Origin: Centroscyllium fabricii
Lineage: Eukaryota
Assembly: GCA_051313645.2 (NCBI GenBank)
Contig: JBNRSN020000015.1
Location: forward strand, 125,922,001-125,986,000
Length of the DNA stretch: 64,000 nt
Direction: 5' to 3'
In this document: positions 12,308 to 24,598 of the stretch, one piece after another
How the letters are laid out: each line of letters begins with the position of its first letter
Position numbering within the stretch: position 1 is the stretch's first letter
Position numbers and translations under genes: made by a program
Notes under the pieces: generated by a model
The model's database searches: none
The model's input: the letters and a program-made list of their open reading frames with translations, nothing else
What the model was told of the DNA's origin: nothing

Positions 12308-13140
12308 CATAAGAACATAAGAACATAAGAAATAGGAACAGGAGTCGGCCAATTGGCCCCTCGAGCCTGCTCCGCCATGCAACAAGATCATGGCTGATCT
12401 GACCCTAACCTAAAATCTACTTTCACTCTCCATCCTGCCCGAACCCATGTGAGCACCCGGGAGAGGTGAAAAACCAGATTTTAAAAAAACAGTGGCCAAT
12501 TTGGGAGAAAAAAATCTGGGAAATTCCTCTCCGACCCATCTAGGCAATCGAAACTGGTCCAGGAGATCACATGGCCGATCTGAACCTAGCCTCATGTCCA
12601 CTTACCTGCCCACTCACCGTAACCTCTAATTCCCTTTACTTCTAGGAAACGGTCTATCTCGGTTTTAAATTTATTCAATGTCGCAGCTTCCACAGCTCTC
12701 TGGGGCAGCAAATTCCACAGCCCCACCACCCTCTGAGTGAAGAAGTTTCTCCTCATCTCAGTTTTGAAATGGCAGCCCTTTATTTTAAGATTATGCCCCC
12801 TAGTCCTAGTTTCACCCACCATTGGGAACATCCTCACCGCATCCACCCGGTCAAGCCCTCTCACAATCTTATATGTTTCAATAAGATCGCCTCTCATTCT
12901 TCTGAACTCCAATGAGTAGAGGCCCAATCTACTCAACCTCTCCTCATATGTCAACCCCCTCATCCCCGGAATTAACCCAGTGAACCTTCTCTGTACTGCC
13001 TCGAGAGCAAGTATGTCTTTTCTTAAATATGGATACCAGAACTGCACGCAGTATTCCAGGTGTGGTCTCGCCAATACCCTGTACAACTGCAGCAATAACT
13101 CCCTGATTTTATACTCCATCCCCTTAGCAATAAAAGCTGA
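12308..13140 (-). mobile_element. CR1 3' fragment with extended structured 3' UTR
   Basis: ORF 12592-13149. Same extra module as at 3490-3660. Confidence 0.9.
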
Positions 13141-13567
13141 CACATCCATCCCCGTGGTGCCCTGCCATCCCCAGCCAATCGGAAAGCGAACAGACTCTTC
13201 ATTACCTGACTGGATGATTCTTGACTGTCAGTCAAACAGCTTTCCCTCGCCAACACTCTCACGTCCTTTTCCCCCCTCACGTCCAATATTTTTATAACTA
13301 GTAAACAAAAATATTCAAAGAAAATTGTTAAAAAACCCAATTTTCCATTGCCCTGGTAATGTGTCTCCCTGGGTGTTGCGCGTAGTGGTGTCCTGGCGAT
13401 TAGTCCTGGAGACTCATGGGGAAACCTGACGGAGTTGGCAACACTAGCTGGAACTCTGGTTTCTGAGTTGCAAACTATCAAATCTCTGGATTCAGCAATC
13501 TTGGAAACCAGTCAGAGAGAGCATCGCATTATAAGCCTATATCTCTCAGATCTCCGTGACCACTGAC

Positions 13568-13919
13568 CTTGAAGACGACGTGGGTTCCGTGACTTGCCGA
13601 TGCATCCGCATGTTGTGGGCGCAGTTCTCCTTGTTCTTGGACTGGACGTCCACAGGGATGTCTGGGGAAGTGTGGCTGATCTTCATGGCTGACTCTGGGT
13701 AGGGGGCAGGTTCCGTCATGAAGTCCTCACTGTACTCGTGTCCATCTGCCTCGTTATCCGTGTAGTGCGGCTGGTCCTGCTGGCTCTCCTTGTGGTTGGA
13801 TGACTCGCTGCGCTCCCGCCACGGGATCCAGCACAGCTTCCAGGAGACGAAGAGCGAGACTCCGAAAAGTGCCAGGCCACAGGCGGTAACCACCAGCGAC
13901 AGGAGACTAATGGAAATAT
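13568..13919 (-). CDS. SYT9: Synaptotagmin-9 coding exon (probably exon 2): transmembrane helix and linker
   Basis: Minus strand reads ttattgcAG|AT ATT TCC ATT... = (D)ISISLLSLVVTACGLALFGVSLFVSWKLCWIPWRER...MKISHTSPDIP...RQVTEPTSSS(R), ending AG|GTCAGT. 352 nt. Closely matches vertebrate SYT9 as recalled. Confidence 0.95.
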
Positions 13920-13972
13920 CTGCAATAAGAGAAACACCTCTTGTTCAAAACCATCTTTACATGAGAATCTTT

Positions 13973-15199
13973 GGGGGAGATTTTCAATGAGCTGTGAGGG
14001 CGCGTTTCTGGTGGGGCGGGGCTTAAACTTGCGAAACCAGGGGGTTCCGACCCCTCCCGCCGGATCCCCGCTGCTTTGCAGTTTTTGGCCAGCGTGTCTA
14101 GCCGGCCCGAATATTTCCCGCCCGCCACCGGCGGGGTTGATCATTCTGCTCATTAGGGGCCCTTAATTGCCATGGGTAATCCCATTTTAAGGGCCACTTG
14201 TGATTTTGAAGCCCTTGCCACCCATACCCCACCATTATGAAACCCCGCTGGTGAAACCTAGCGGGATCACAGTTGAGTTGGTCACTTTCACCTTCAAGAC
14301 ATTGAAGGACCTGCAGCAGAATGCCTTCCAGGCCTTCAACACCCTGGAGGCGTAAGTGACTCCCTTGTCTGAGGAGCAACTGTGGAGAAAACCTTCCAGA
14401 AACTTACCTGACAGAGGAATGGAAATGCTTCGCAGAGAGACGGCCCCTAACTGTGAGAGCTTTCCAGCAAGTCCTTAGACCTGTCACTCAACCCACTTGG
14501 GTTTTGAGATTGGTTGCACTCCATTGTTATTGAAACATAGAAACATAGAAGATAGGAGCAGGAGTAGGCCATTCGGCCCTTCGAGCCTGCACCGCCATTC
14601 AATGAGATCATGGCTGATCATCCAAACCCAGTACCCCGCCCCTGCCCTGTCCCCATATCCCTCGATCCTTATCGAGCCTGCACCGACACACATCCCACCC
14701 TATCCCCATAACCCCACATATTCAATCGCCCTAACACTAAGGGTCAATTTATCCTGGCCAATCAACCTAACCCGCACATCTTTGGACTGTGGGAGGAAAC
14801 CGGAGCACCCGGAGGAAACCCACGCAGACATGGGGAGAATGTGCAAACTCCACACAGATAGTGCCCGAGGCTGGATTTGAACCCGGGTCTCTAGTGCTGT
14901 AAGGCAACAGTGCTAACCACTATGCCATCATGCCGCCCTAAGATGTCGCAATGCACTGTTTCCATAGAAACTAAAAATACACAGTCCTTACCCCTGTCAA
15001 TCAAACGTTCGACTGTCAGCTGCAGCTCCACCGTTTTCTGACTGGAATCAGTCAATTGGCAGGGGTTCTGACACGAGGGCAATTAATTGGCCAATTGAGC
15101 TAAAATTGCATGGGGCTCCCAGGCCCTTGAACATTCGTGTCAGAAACCTGATCTGCCCAAAATCCGCCAGTTTCCCACACCTTTGCCAAAATTCCCCCC
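13973..15199 (+). mobile_element. Harbinger-like MITE, family H3 copy 1, containing a V-SINE
   Basis: Ends GGGGGAGATTTT / AAAATTCCCCCC. Colinear with 61814-62836. Starts about 50 bp from the SYT9 exon acceptor. Confidence 0.75.
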
Positions 15200-16009
15200 A
15201 TAGACCCTTACAGCAGAAAAGGAGGCCGTTCGGCCCAGCGTGCCTGTGCCGGCTCTTTGAAAGATTCTCTCCAATTAGTCCCACTCACCCACCCCCATTG
15301 TTCTGCAAATTTTTCCTTTTCAAGTCCATGGCCTGGAGTTTCCGTTGTGTTGCTTTGGTATTTTTCAGCGAAATCTGCCCGAATTCAGCCAAACCAGTGC
15401 CAAAGATTGAGGAATTTCAAACGCAAATTACGTCCGCCGCAACTTGAGTTTCCGCGATCTTTTGCGCTGGTTTAATAAACATCGCGCTGGAAGCCGGACC
15501 TGCTCACAAAACTGGCCATGCCACCAGATTGGACTAATCGCCATAAGAACATAAGAATTAGGAGCAGGAGTCGGCCATTCAGCCCCTCGAGCCTGCTCCT
15601 CTATTCAATAAGATCACGGCTGATCTCCGACCTCAACTCCATTTTCCCGCCCGATCCCCATATCCCTCGATCCCCATCGAGCCTGCACCGACACATATCC
15701 CACGCTATCCCTGTAACCCCACATATTCAATCCCCCTAACACTAAGGGTCAATTTATCCTGGCCAATCAACCTAACCCGCACATCTTTGGACTGTGGCAA
15801 AATTCAGGAGTAGGTTCAATTAAGTTTTACTATATATTACTATATATTAGTGGTCATGTAACAGGAACTCCTGTTTCTGTGGCCGTGTAACCGGGGCTCC
15901 TGCACCTGCGGCCGTGTATGGGGTTCTTGTACCTTGGTAAGTATACCTCTCTGTAATCCGGACTTTTTGATCAACCGGCACCATGCCAGTCCCGTCGGTG
16001 CCGGATAAA

Positions 16010-16525
16010 GAGCTTTTCCTGTATTTGCCATAGAGGGAGTGCAACGAAGGTTCACCAGACTGGTTCCTGGGATGGGGGGGGGGAGGCGGCGGGGATTGTC
16101 CTATGTGGAGAGATTGAGTAGACTCGGCCTATATTCTCGAGTTTAGAAGAATGAGAGGTGATTTCATTGAAACATACAAAATTCTTACGGGGATTGACAG
16201 GGTAGATGCTGAGACGATGTTTTCCCCTGGCTGGGGAGTCTAGAACCAGGGGTCACAGTCTCAGAATAAGGGGTCGGCCATTTAGGACTGAGATGAGGAG
16301 GAATTTCTTCACTCAGAGGGAAGTGAATCTTTGGAATTCTCGACCCCACAGGGCTGTGGAGGCTCAGTCGTTGAGTATATTCAAGAAAGAGATCGATAGA
16401 TTTTTGGACTCTAGGGGAATCAAGGGATATGAGGATAGTGCAGGAAAGTGGAGATGAGGATGATCAGCCATGATCTCATTGAATGGTGGAGCAGGCTCGA
16501 GGGGCCGAATGGCCGACTCCTGCTC
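16010..16525 (+). mobile_element. CR1 3' fragment
   Basis: ESRTRGHSLRIRGRPFRTEMRRNFFTQR, then the tail. Confidence 0.88.
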
Positions 16526-18295
16526 CTATTTCTGATGTTCTTAATCCATAATTGTGGCGGCACGGTGGCACAGTGGTTAGCAGTGTTGTCTCACAGCACT
16601 GGAGACCCGGGTTCAAATCCACCCCTCGGGTACTATCTGTGTGGAGTTTGCACATTCTCCCCGTCTCTGCGTGGGTTTCCTCCGGGTGCTCCGGTTTCCT
16701 CCCACAGTCCAAAGATGTGCGGGTTAGGTTGATTGGCCAGGATAAATTGACCCTTAGTGTTAGGGGGATTGAATGTGTGGGGTTACGGGGATAGGGTGGG
16801 ATATGTGTCGGTGCAGGCTCGATAGGGATCAAGGGATATGGGGACCAGGCAGGGGGCAGGGTACTGGGTTTGGATGATCAGCCATGATCTCATTGAATGG
16901 CGGAGCGGGCTCGAAGGGCCGAATGGCCGACTCCTAGTTTCTATATTTCTATGTTTCTCCTTATTTTGCTTTCAGTACGTGATTTTACGTTGAATTAAAT
17001 ATTCTAATTGATACCTCCTGGTTTAGACTTTGCGTGTCTCAGTGAGGATGACACAGTGATTGGTTGAAGAGCCACGCTGCAGCGTTTCCTGCTCACACAT
17101 GCCACAGATCCCCTGGAGAGGGTGCCAACGTTCCCGTTAAGCTGCGCAGCTGTCTAGCGGTCCCGCGCAGCCAGAGACCGGCTTTATAAAAAAAAGTGAA
17201 ATTTCGCGCCTGCGCGAAACTTAGAATGGACCGTGCAGCCATGCGCACGAAAAAAAAAGAGGAACAACATTGGAGGGCGCCGCGCTGGATCAGATTTCCA
17301 GCGACAGCAGGTTGTTGCCCATAACCCTGTGAAAAGTCTGTGGGCAGCTGTAAGTGTGATGTAAGTGTCAGCCGTGGGTCAGTGGGCAGCACCCTCGCCT
17401 CTGAGTCAGAAAGGTTGTTGGTTCAAGTTCCACTCCAGAGACTTTAGCACAAATCTAGGCTGACACTCCCAGTGGAGTGCTGCACTGTCAGAGGTGCCAT
17501 CTTTTGGATAAGATGTTAAATGGAGGCCCTGTTTGCTCTCTCAGGTGGGCATAAAAGATCCCATGGCCACTATTTTGAAAAAGAGTAGCGAGTTATCCCT
17601 GGTGTCCTTGCCTAATATTTATCCCTCAACCAACATAATATTAAAAAAAACAGGGCGGCACAGTGGCATAGTGGTTAGCACTGTTGCCTCACAGCGCCAG
17701 GGGCCCGGGTTCAAATCCAGCCTCGGGTACTATCTGTGTGGAGTTTGCACATTCTCCCCGTGTCTGCGTGGGTTTCCTCCGGGTGCTCCGGTTTCCTCCC
17801 ACAGTCCAAAGATGTGCGGGTTAGGTTGATTGGCCATGATAAATTGACCCTTAGTGTTAGGGGGATTAAATATGTGGGGTTACGGGGATAGGGTGGGATA
17901 TGTGTCGATGCAGGCTCGAGAGGGATCGAGGGAGGGCAGTGGCGGGATACTGGGTTTGGATGATCAGCCATGATCTCATTGAATGGCGGAGCAGGCTCGA
18001 AGGGCCGAATGGCCTACTCCTGCTCCTAGTTTCTATGTTTCTCTATGTCTATCTGGTCATTATTACACTGCTGTTTGTGGGAGCTTGCTGTGTGAAAATT
18101 GGCTGCTGTGTTTCCTACATTACAACAGTGACTACACTTCAAAAAGTACATCATTGGCTGTAAATCACTTTGAGATGTCCTGAGGTCATGAAAGGTGCTA
18201 AGGAAATGCAAGTCTTTTGTTCTTTGATGAAACGGGGAGTGCTGCTGACCGCAAAATCCGGGTCAACATTCAAATGCAACTTTAAAAAAAAATGT

Positions 18296-19214
18296 TTTAT
18301 CCATTGATGGGATGTGGGCGTCGCTGGCTGGCTAGGCCTGCATTTAGTGCCCATCCTTAATTGCCCTTGAGAAGATGGTGGTGACCCGCCTTCTTGAACC
18401 GCTGCAGTCCATATGGTGTAGGTACTCCCACAATGTTGTTAGGAAGGGAGTTCCAGGATTTTGGCCCAGCGACAGTGAAGGAGCGGCGATACAGGTCCAA
18501 GTCAGGATGGTGTGTGGCTTGGAGGGGAACTTGTAGGTGGTGATGTTCCCATGCATCTGCTGCCCTTGTCCTTCTAAGTGGTAGAGGTCGTGGGTGTGGA
18601 AGGTGCTGTTGAAGGAGCTTTAGCGAGATGCTGCAGTGCATCTTGTAGATGGTACACACTGCAGCCACAGTGCGCCAGTGGTGGAGGGAGTGAATGTTGA
18701 AGGTGGTGGATGGAGTGCCAATCAAGCGGGCTGCCTTATCCTGAATGGTGTCGAGCTTCTTGAGTGTTGTTGGAGCTGCACTCATCCAGGCAAGTGGAGA
18801 GTATTCCATCACACTCCTGACTTGTGCCTTGTAGATGGTGGAAAGGCTTTGGGGAGTCAGGAGGTGAGACACTCGCCGCAGAATTCCCAGCCTCTGGCCT
18901 GCTCTTGTAGCCACAGTATTTATGTGGCTTGTCCAGTTCAGTTTCTGATCAATGGTAACCCCCAGGATGTTGATAGTGGGGGATTCAGCGATGATAATGC
19001 CATTGAATGTCAAGGGGAGATGGTTAGAGTCTCGCTTGTTGGAGATGGTCATTGCCTGGCACTTGTGTGGTGCGAATGTTACTTGCCACTTGTCAGCCCA
19101 AGTCTGAGTGTTGTCCAGGTCTTGCTGCATATGGACACGGACTGCGTCAGCATCTGACGAGTCTCGAATGGTGCTGAACAGTGTGCAATCATCAGCAAAC
19201 ATCCCCACTTCTGA
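18296..19214 (-). mobile_element. Second CR1-clade LINE family, 3' fragment
   Basis: MFADDCT, WADKWQVTFAPHKC, IYKAQVRSVMEYSPLAW. Confidence 0.88.
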
Positions 19215-19909
19215 CCACAACTGAGGTCTCAAAGGTGTTGCCTCAGCAATTAAAATCAAATTGTCTTATGTCTGAGAACATAAGCGTAGCGGTCAATGTC
19301 AGGCAACCTGGGAGCAGAGATCGCAGTGCAGAAGTCATCTCACTGGACTAATAATCCAGTGGAATGGAAGTTCAAATTCCACCATGGCAGTTTGAGGATT
19401 TGAACTCAGTTGGAAATTTAAAACAAAGATCATATCAGTAAAAATGGCGAAGAAGTTGTCGGATAAAACCCAACTGGTTCACTCACTGTCCTTTCAGGGA
19501 AGGAAACCTGCCGTCCTTATCCGGTCTGGGCCTCCAATGTGGTTGACTATTAACTGCCCCCTTGCCCAGCAAACCAACCAACCAACGAACCAACCAACCA
19601 GTTACCCCCATCTTCTCAGGACAAATAGAAATGGACAATAGATGCCGGCCTCGCCAACGACGCCCACATCTCGAGAATTAGCAAAAGGACACCGGAAATG
19701 TGGGCAGCAAGAGGATTGCATCAATAGTCAGCCAGATAGGTGTGGTGAAGGAGCAATGCTTGAAAGTTTCAGACTCACCAGGGCGATGGTGAATAAGATG
19801 TGTCCACGAAGACACACTTGGATAATCAGTTACCTGCAATAAAGCAGCAACAAAAAATGGGGAAAAAAAGTGAATGATTTCATTAACTAGTCTGTGCTTT
19901 CGGGTTTAT

Positions 19910-20365
19910 GGCAGTCATGGCTCAGTGGATAGTACTCCTGCCTCAACGTCACAAAGGCTGTGGGTTCAAATCCCATTCAATTGAAACTTGTGCTGATACT
20001 TCAGTTCTGCACTGTCGGAGGTGCAGTACTGAGGGAGTGCTGCACTGTCGGAGGTACCACCTTTCGGATGAGACGCTAAACCGAAGCCCCGTCTGCTCTC
20101 TCAGGTGAATGTGAAAGATCCCATGGCATTATTTTGAAGAGCAGGGGTGTCCTGGCCAATATTTATCCCTCAACCAACATCACTAAAGCAGATAATCTGG
20201 TCATTATCACATCGCTGTTTGTGGGAGCTTGCTGTGCGCTAATTGGCTGCCGTGTTTCCTACATTACAACAGTTACTGCACTTCAAAAAGTACTTCATTG
20301 GCTGTAAAGCACTTTAACGACCCAAGGTCATGAAAGATTTTGTGTTAATGCAATTCTTTCTTTAT
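19910..20365 (+). mobile_element. Deu-domain SINE (SacSINE1/AmnSINE1-like; representative copy)
   Basis: tRNA-like head, core GGAGGTGCC..TTTCGGATGAGACG.TAAACCGA.GCCCCGTCTGC...AAAGATCCCATGGCA, L2-like tail. Other copies, approximate: 75-415, 4857-5700 (split), 11905-12137, 17370-18220 (split), 32360-34475 (split twice), 35545-35760, 46460-47030, 50940-51090, 58730-59575 (split), 60240-60430, 60505-61510 (split). Confidence 0.82.
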
Positions 20366-21353
20366 GTATGTACCTCCAGCCATTACCTTCTGTGGGCCTT
20401 TCTGTATTACACATGTTCCATTACTGTTAAGCGTGACTTTTTAATTAAATCTGTAGCACTGGTAGGCGGCTGCATAGCTAACTGGCTCGATAGGGATCGA
20501 GGGATATGGGGACAAGGCAGGGACAGGGTGCTGGGTTTGGATGATCAGCCATGATCTCATTGAATGGCGGAGCAGGCTCGAAGGGCCGAATAGCCTACTC
20601 CTGCTCCTATCTTCTATGTTTCTATAGAAACATAGAAGCATAGAAACTAGGAGCAGGAGTAGGCCATTCGGCCCTTCGAGCCTGCTCCGCTATTCAATGA
20701 GATCATGGCTGATCATCCAAACCCAGTACCCCGCCCCTGCCCTCTCCCTATATCCCTCTCGAGCCTGCATCGACACATATCCCACCCTATCCCTGTAACC
20801 CCACATATTCAATCCCCCTAACACTAAGGGTCAATTTATCATGGCCAATCAACCTAACCCGCACATCTTTGGACTGTGGGAGGAAACCGGAGCACCCGGA
20901 GGAAACCCACGCAGACACGGGGAGAATGTGCAAACTCCACACAGATAGTCACCTGAGGCCGGATTTGAACCCGGGTCTGCAGTGCTGTGAGGCAACAGTG
21001 CTAACCACTGTGCCACCGTGCCACCCTATGTTTCTATGTAACTGGTAAGTTCCAGATTGCAGCTGTGATTAGCCCAGGAGTTGTCTTCGCTGAAATCACA
21101 GCCATCTCATTGCATCTGTAGACATGTTGATCCAGAACTGCTCCTGGCAGGATTGCCAAATGGCTGCTTCTTTGTGACTCCAGTCCAACACCAATGCAGT
21201 GGAGCCGTAAAAAAGGACAATTGGTGAACCTGTTGGGTTTTTTCAACAATGTCGCGCTAAAAATGCAAGTCTTTCTTTTCTTTCTTGTTGTTTGATGTTA
21301 AACCGAGGCCCCGTCTGCTCTCTAAGGTGCACGTGAAAAATCCTATGGCACTA

Positions 21354-24046
21354 CAGGTCCGACATCGTTAATCCGGCACGGGTAGGACCAGGCCGGTGCC
21401 GGACAAGTGAAAACTCCAAACGATTGAAGCTTCGGCGAGCGCATGCGCAGACCATTCAAAATGGCCACCGCGAAGGCTGGCAGCCATTTTGAATGGTCTG
21501 CGCATGCGCTCGCCGAAGCACCAATCGTTCGGAACCATTCAAAATGGCTGCCGCAAAGCATTTTGAATGGTCTGCGCATGCGCTCGCCGAAGCATCAATC
21601 GTTTGGGACCATTCAAAATGGCCGCCACGCAGGCTGCCGGCCATCTTGAATGGTCTGTGATACGTTTCTGCGTCATCGCTATTACGTTTTCCTGTTACCA
21701 ATCCTCGAGGTGTATGTGAGAGCAAATGAGAGACACAGCACAGAGAGCTTATTGACACACGTCTTTACTTGATCGATCTCCAGTGAAGCCCAAGGATACA
21801 TTCCGGTGCAGCGCCTTATATTCTCAGTGACCTAAAGCTGCACTACTGTAACCTTCCACTATACCATACAAGTCCCAGTACAGCTGCTATGCCATTGGCT
21901 CACAGGCTGATACAGCGGCATTGCCATTGGCTCACAGACTGTCCATCATAGCCTTCTCACAGTCTACTCACATACACTACACTCCTCCCCCCTTACATGA
22001 GCACATCACCCCTCTTTGTTTTTCATTAAACATTTTACAACAGTACAGTGTTATTCTACATTACTAGGCAATTCTACTGTGCTCATTCACTAACATGAAC
22101 ATACTACAATTTTACTTGTTACAACATGGTTATCTAGTGACTCCTTACTTTAACATTTAACACACATTAATAAGAGTCAATGACTTTACTGTAACATTCA
22201 GCCCAAGCCCTGATATTCGGCATAAGGATCTTCCTCCGTCGTTGGAAAAGTGTCCATGTACAGTCTTTGAACGGGTTTGTCCGTTACTGGGTTAGTCTTG
22301 GTGTTCGGATGATGGTATTCGTGTCCCCTTGGTTGCTTAACCTCCGCAGCATTTCTTCTTGCTGACTCTTGCGACACCGCTATGTTAAAAACTGTTTCCA
22401 AGGTTAAATCTTTCTTCATCAAGAGAAGTTTCTGTGTGCTTTCTCTCAGCCATCCACAAACAAATCTGTCTCTTAATAGTTCAGTTCGCATCAAATTTAA
22501 AAGAGTAATCGCTTTCCGGTCTTCCGCTACTTCAACCCTTTTTAAATAAGTGTCCCAGTTCTCGATATCATTATCGCACGATGTTACTATAAAAACTTTT
22601 GTCATCTTCAGTTATCTTTTCTTTCAGCTTTCAAAACTTTCCTTTCGTTTTCAAACTTTTCTCTTTTTCAAAACTTTTTCTCTTATTCTTCAAAGCTTTT
22701 CTTCCTTTTTCAAAGCTTTTCTTTCTTTTCCCAAGCTTTTCTTTCTTTTTCAAAGCTTTTTAAAGTTTTCCTTTTTGCCAAACGTTTTAAAGATTTTCCT
22801 TCAAAATGGCTTCTGCCTCGTTTTGAAGCTTTTACAAAATGGCTGCTGCCTTTCTCCTTTACTAAGATGGCTGCCGCCTTGTTTTGAAAATCTTTACAAA
22901 ATGGCGTTTGCCTTTCTCCTTTACTAAGATGGCTCCCGCCTTCCACGATGCTTGCAGCTCCCGTTTACAACGCTACTTCAGGGTAAGGGAAAATACAATG
23001 ACTTCTTCTGCCTCTATTTCCCTTCCCTCCCCCCTTTTGGGTTCCCCTGCAGGTAAAGAAAGAAAAACGACTTCTTCTGCCCCTCTTCCCCTTTCTCCCG
23101 TTTTTGCAGGTTCCTACCGCACTTCCCCGCGGTCTACACGGTGGCCTGGCGTCACTAAGCCCTCAGCAGTGGCCTTCCCCACCCCTAGACACAGTGTACC
23201 CCTTACTAAACCACCGGGGGCTTCCCGACTCACCCCGTGTCAATTACAGCGGCGTCGGTTTCTTTTTCAACTCCTGGAGATCGATGCCTGCTGTTTTCTA
23301 GTCAACACTGACTCAGCTGCTCTTTTCCTGTCTCAGGCTGCCTGTTTGCTGGCTAACCTGTTTTTTAAGTTTGTCTGTGCTCTGTTGGCTGCTTGCCCAG
23401 CCTCTGGTTTTGCCTCCAGCCGTTTTTAAAGCAGTTACTTCCAGGCTGTTCCTGTCTTTTTCTTTCTGGGTGTTTCTTCTTTGAATTTTCCAGTCTTCAG
23501 ACTTTTTCTGAAAGTCCTGTAGGTTCAAATTAATCCGCTATCCCATCACCGTCGCCACTGATACGTTTCTGCGTCGTCGCTATTACGTTTTCCTGTTACC
23601 AATCCTCGAGGTGTATGTGAGAGCAAATGAGAGACACAGCACAGAGAGCTTATTGACACACGTCTTTACTTCATCGATCTCCAGTGAAGCCCAAGGATAC
23701 ATTCCAGTGCACCGCCTTATATTCTCAGTGACCTAAAGCTGCACTACTGTAACCTTCCACTATACCATACAAGTCCCAGTACAGCTGCTATGCCATTGGC
23801 TCACAGGCTGATACAGCGGCATTGCCATTGGCTCACAGACTGTCCATCATAGCCTTCTCACAGTCTACTCACATACACTACAGTCTGCGCATGCGCTCGC
23901 CGAAGCATCAATCATTCGGGGAGGCCCGGGCATGCGCAGCCAAGTGCGGCGGCCATTTTGCGCATGCGCAGACCAGTGGGCCGGATTCATTCCGGACGAC
24001 TGAAGTTAGCGGATTACCAGTGTCCGGATTAACGGTGCTCAACCTG
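21354..24046. mobile_element. Tigger/pogo-like MITE interrupted by the 21658-23882 LTR element
   Basis: TA flanks. Imperfect TIRs CAGGTCCGACATCGTTAATCCGG and (reverse complement) CAGGTTGAGCACCGTTAATCCGG. Internal palindromic tandem units. Confidence 0.8.
21658..23882 (-). mobile_element. Non-autonomous LTR element with decayed Gypsy-type gag, no pol
   Basis: 324-bp LTRs at 21658-21981 and 23559-23882 (about 4 differences), TSD GTCTG. Minus-strand PBS TGGCGACGGTGATGGGAT (tRNA-Ser(GCU)-like), PPT at 21982-21995, gag-like remnant 22198-22605 (ENWDTYLKRVE, LRDRFVCG, DLTLETVFNIA). Confidence 0.92.
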
Positions 24047-24136
24047 TAGTTCAAAGAACAACAACAAGTAGTATTTATATTGTGCCTCTAATGTAGTAAA
24101 ATGTCCCAAGGTGCTTCATCGGAGTGTTATAAGACA

Positions 24137-24565
24137 TGGGGAGAAATTCATGATAGCCCAGGAATGGGCGGTAACTTTTGAAAAGTTTGCGAATTCGCGC
24201 CAGGCGCTAACGCTTCAGACAGCAGACAAACTCCAGTCTCATTGCACAAAGAAAGGATGGGAGCGCTAAATCAAGCACCATTGGCCTAGCTCAGTCACGT
24301 TACACTCAAAGCGCTGACCAATATCAGGTGCAGCCTAATCATGGGAACTGTCAACAGACAGTCCCTGGAACTGTCGGTCAAGCTCCTCGCTCCCCGCTGG
24401 AGCGCCATGATTGCTGACTCGACTGAGGCAATTACAAGGGGCTCCCCGCATGCGAGGGTTTAATTGATAAATTTCGTCAGGTTTCCAGGCCCTTGGGCGG
24501 GCGGGACAGAAACCCGACCCGACTAATCCCCGCCAGCTTCCCGCACCTCCGGGGAAATCGCCCCC
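24137..24565. mobile_element. Harbinger-like MITE remnant or chimera
   Basis: Termini GGGGAGAAATT / AAATCGCCCCC. The right part resembles the H3 terminus. Flanks do not match each other. Confidence 0.5.
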
Positions 24566-24598
24566 AACGTTTCAGGTCGATGACCCTTCGTCAGAACT
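24566..24598 (-). ncRNA. Hammerhead motif (family A) truncated at the cleavage site
   Basis: Minus strand: agtt-CTGACGA-a-gggtc atc gacct-GAAA-cgtt, then MITE sequence. Confidence 0.5.

Noticed and set aside
14497-14880. Recurrent peptide MRSWLIIQTQ...CGRKPEHPEETHAD in many ORFs
   Set aside because: Translation of V-SINE copies, not a gene family.
21421-21657. Regularly repeated palindromic units resembling a CRISPR array
   Set aside because: Eukaryotic context, no unique spacers and no cas genes. These are internal MITE repeats.
22550-23528. Phe/Lys-rich ORFs
   Set aside because: Low-complexity leader of the LTR element.
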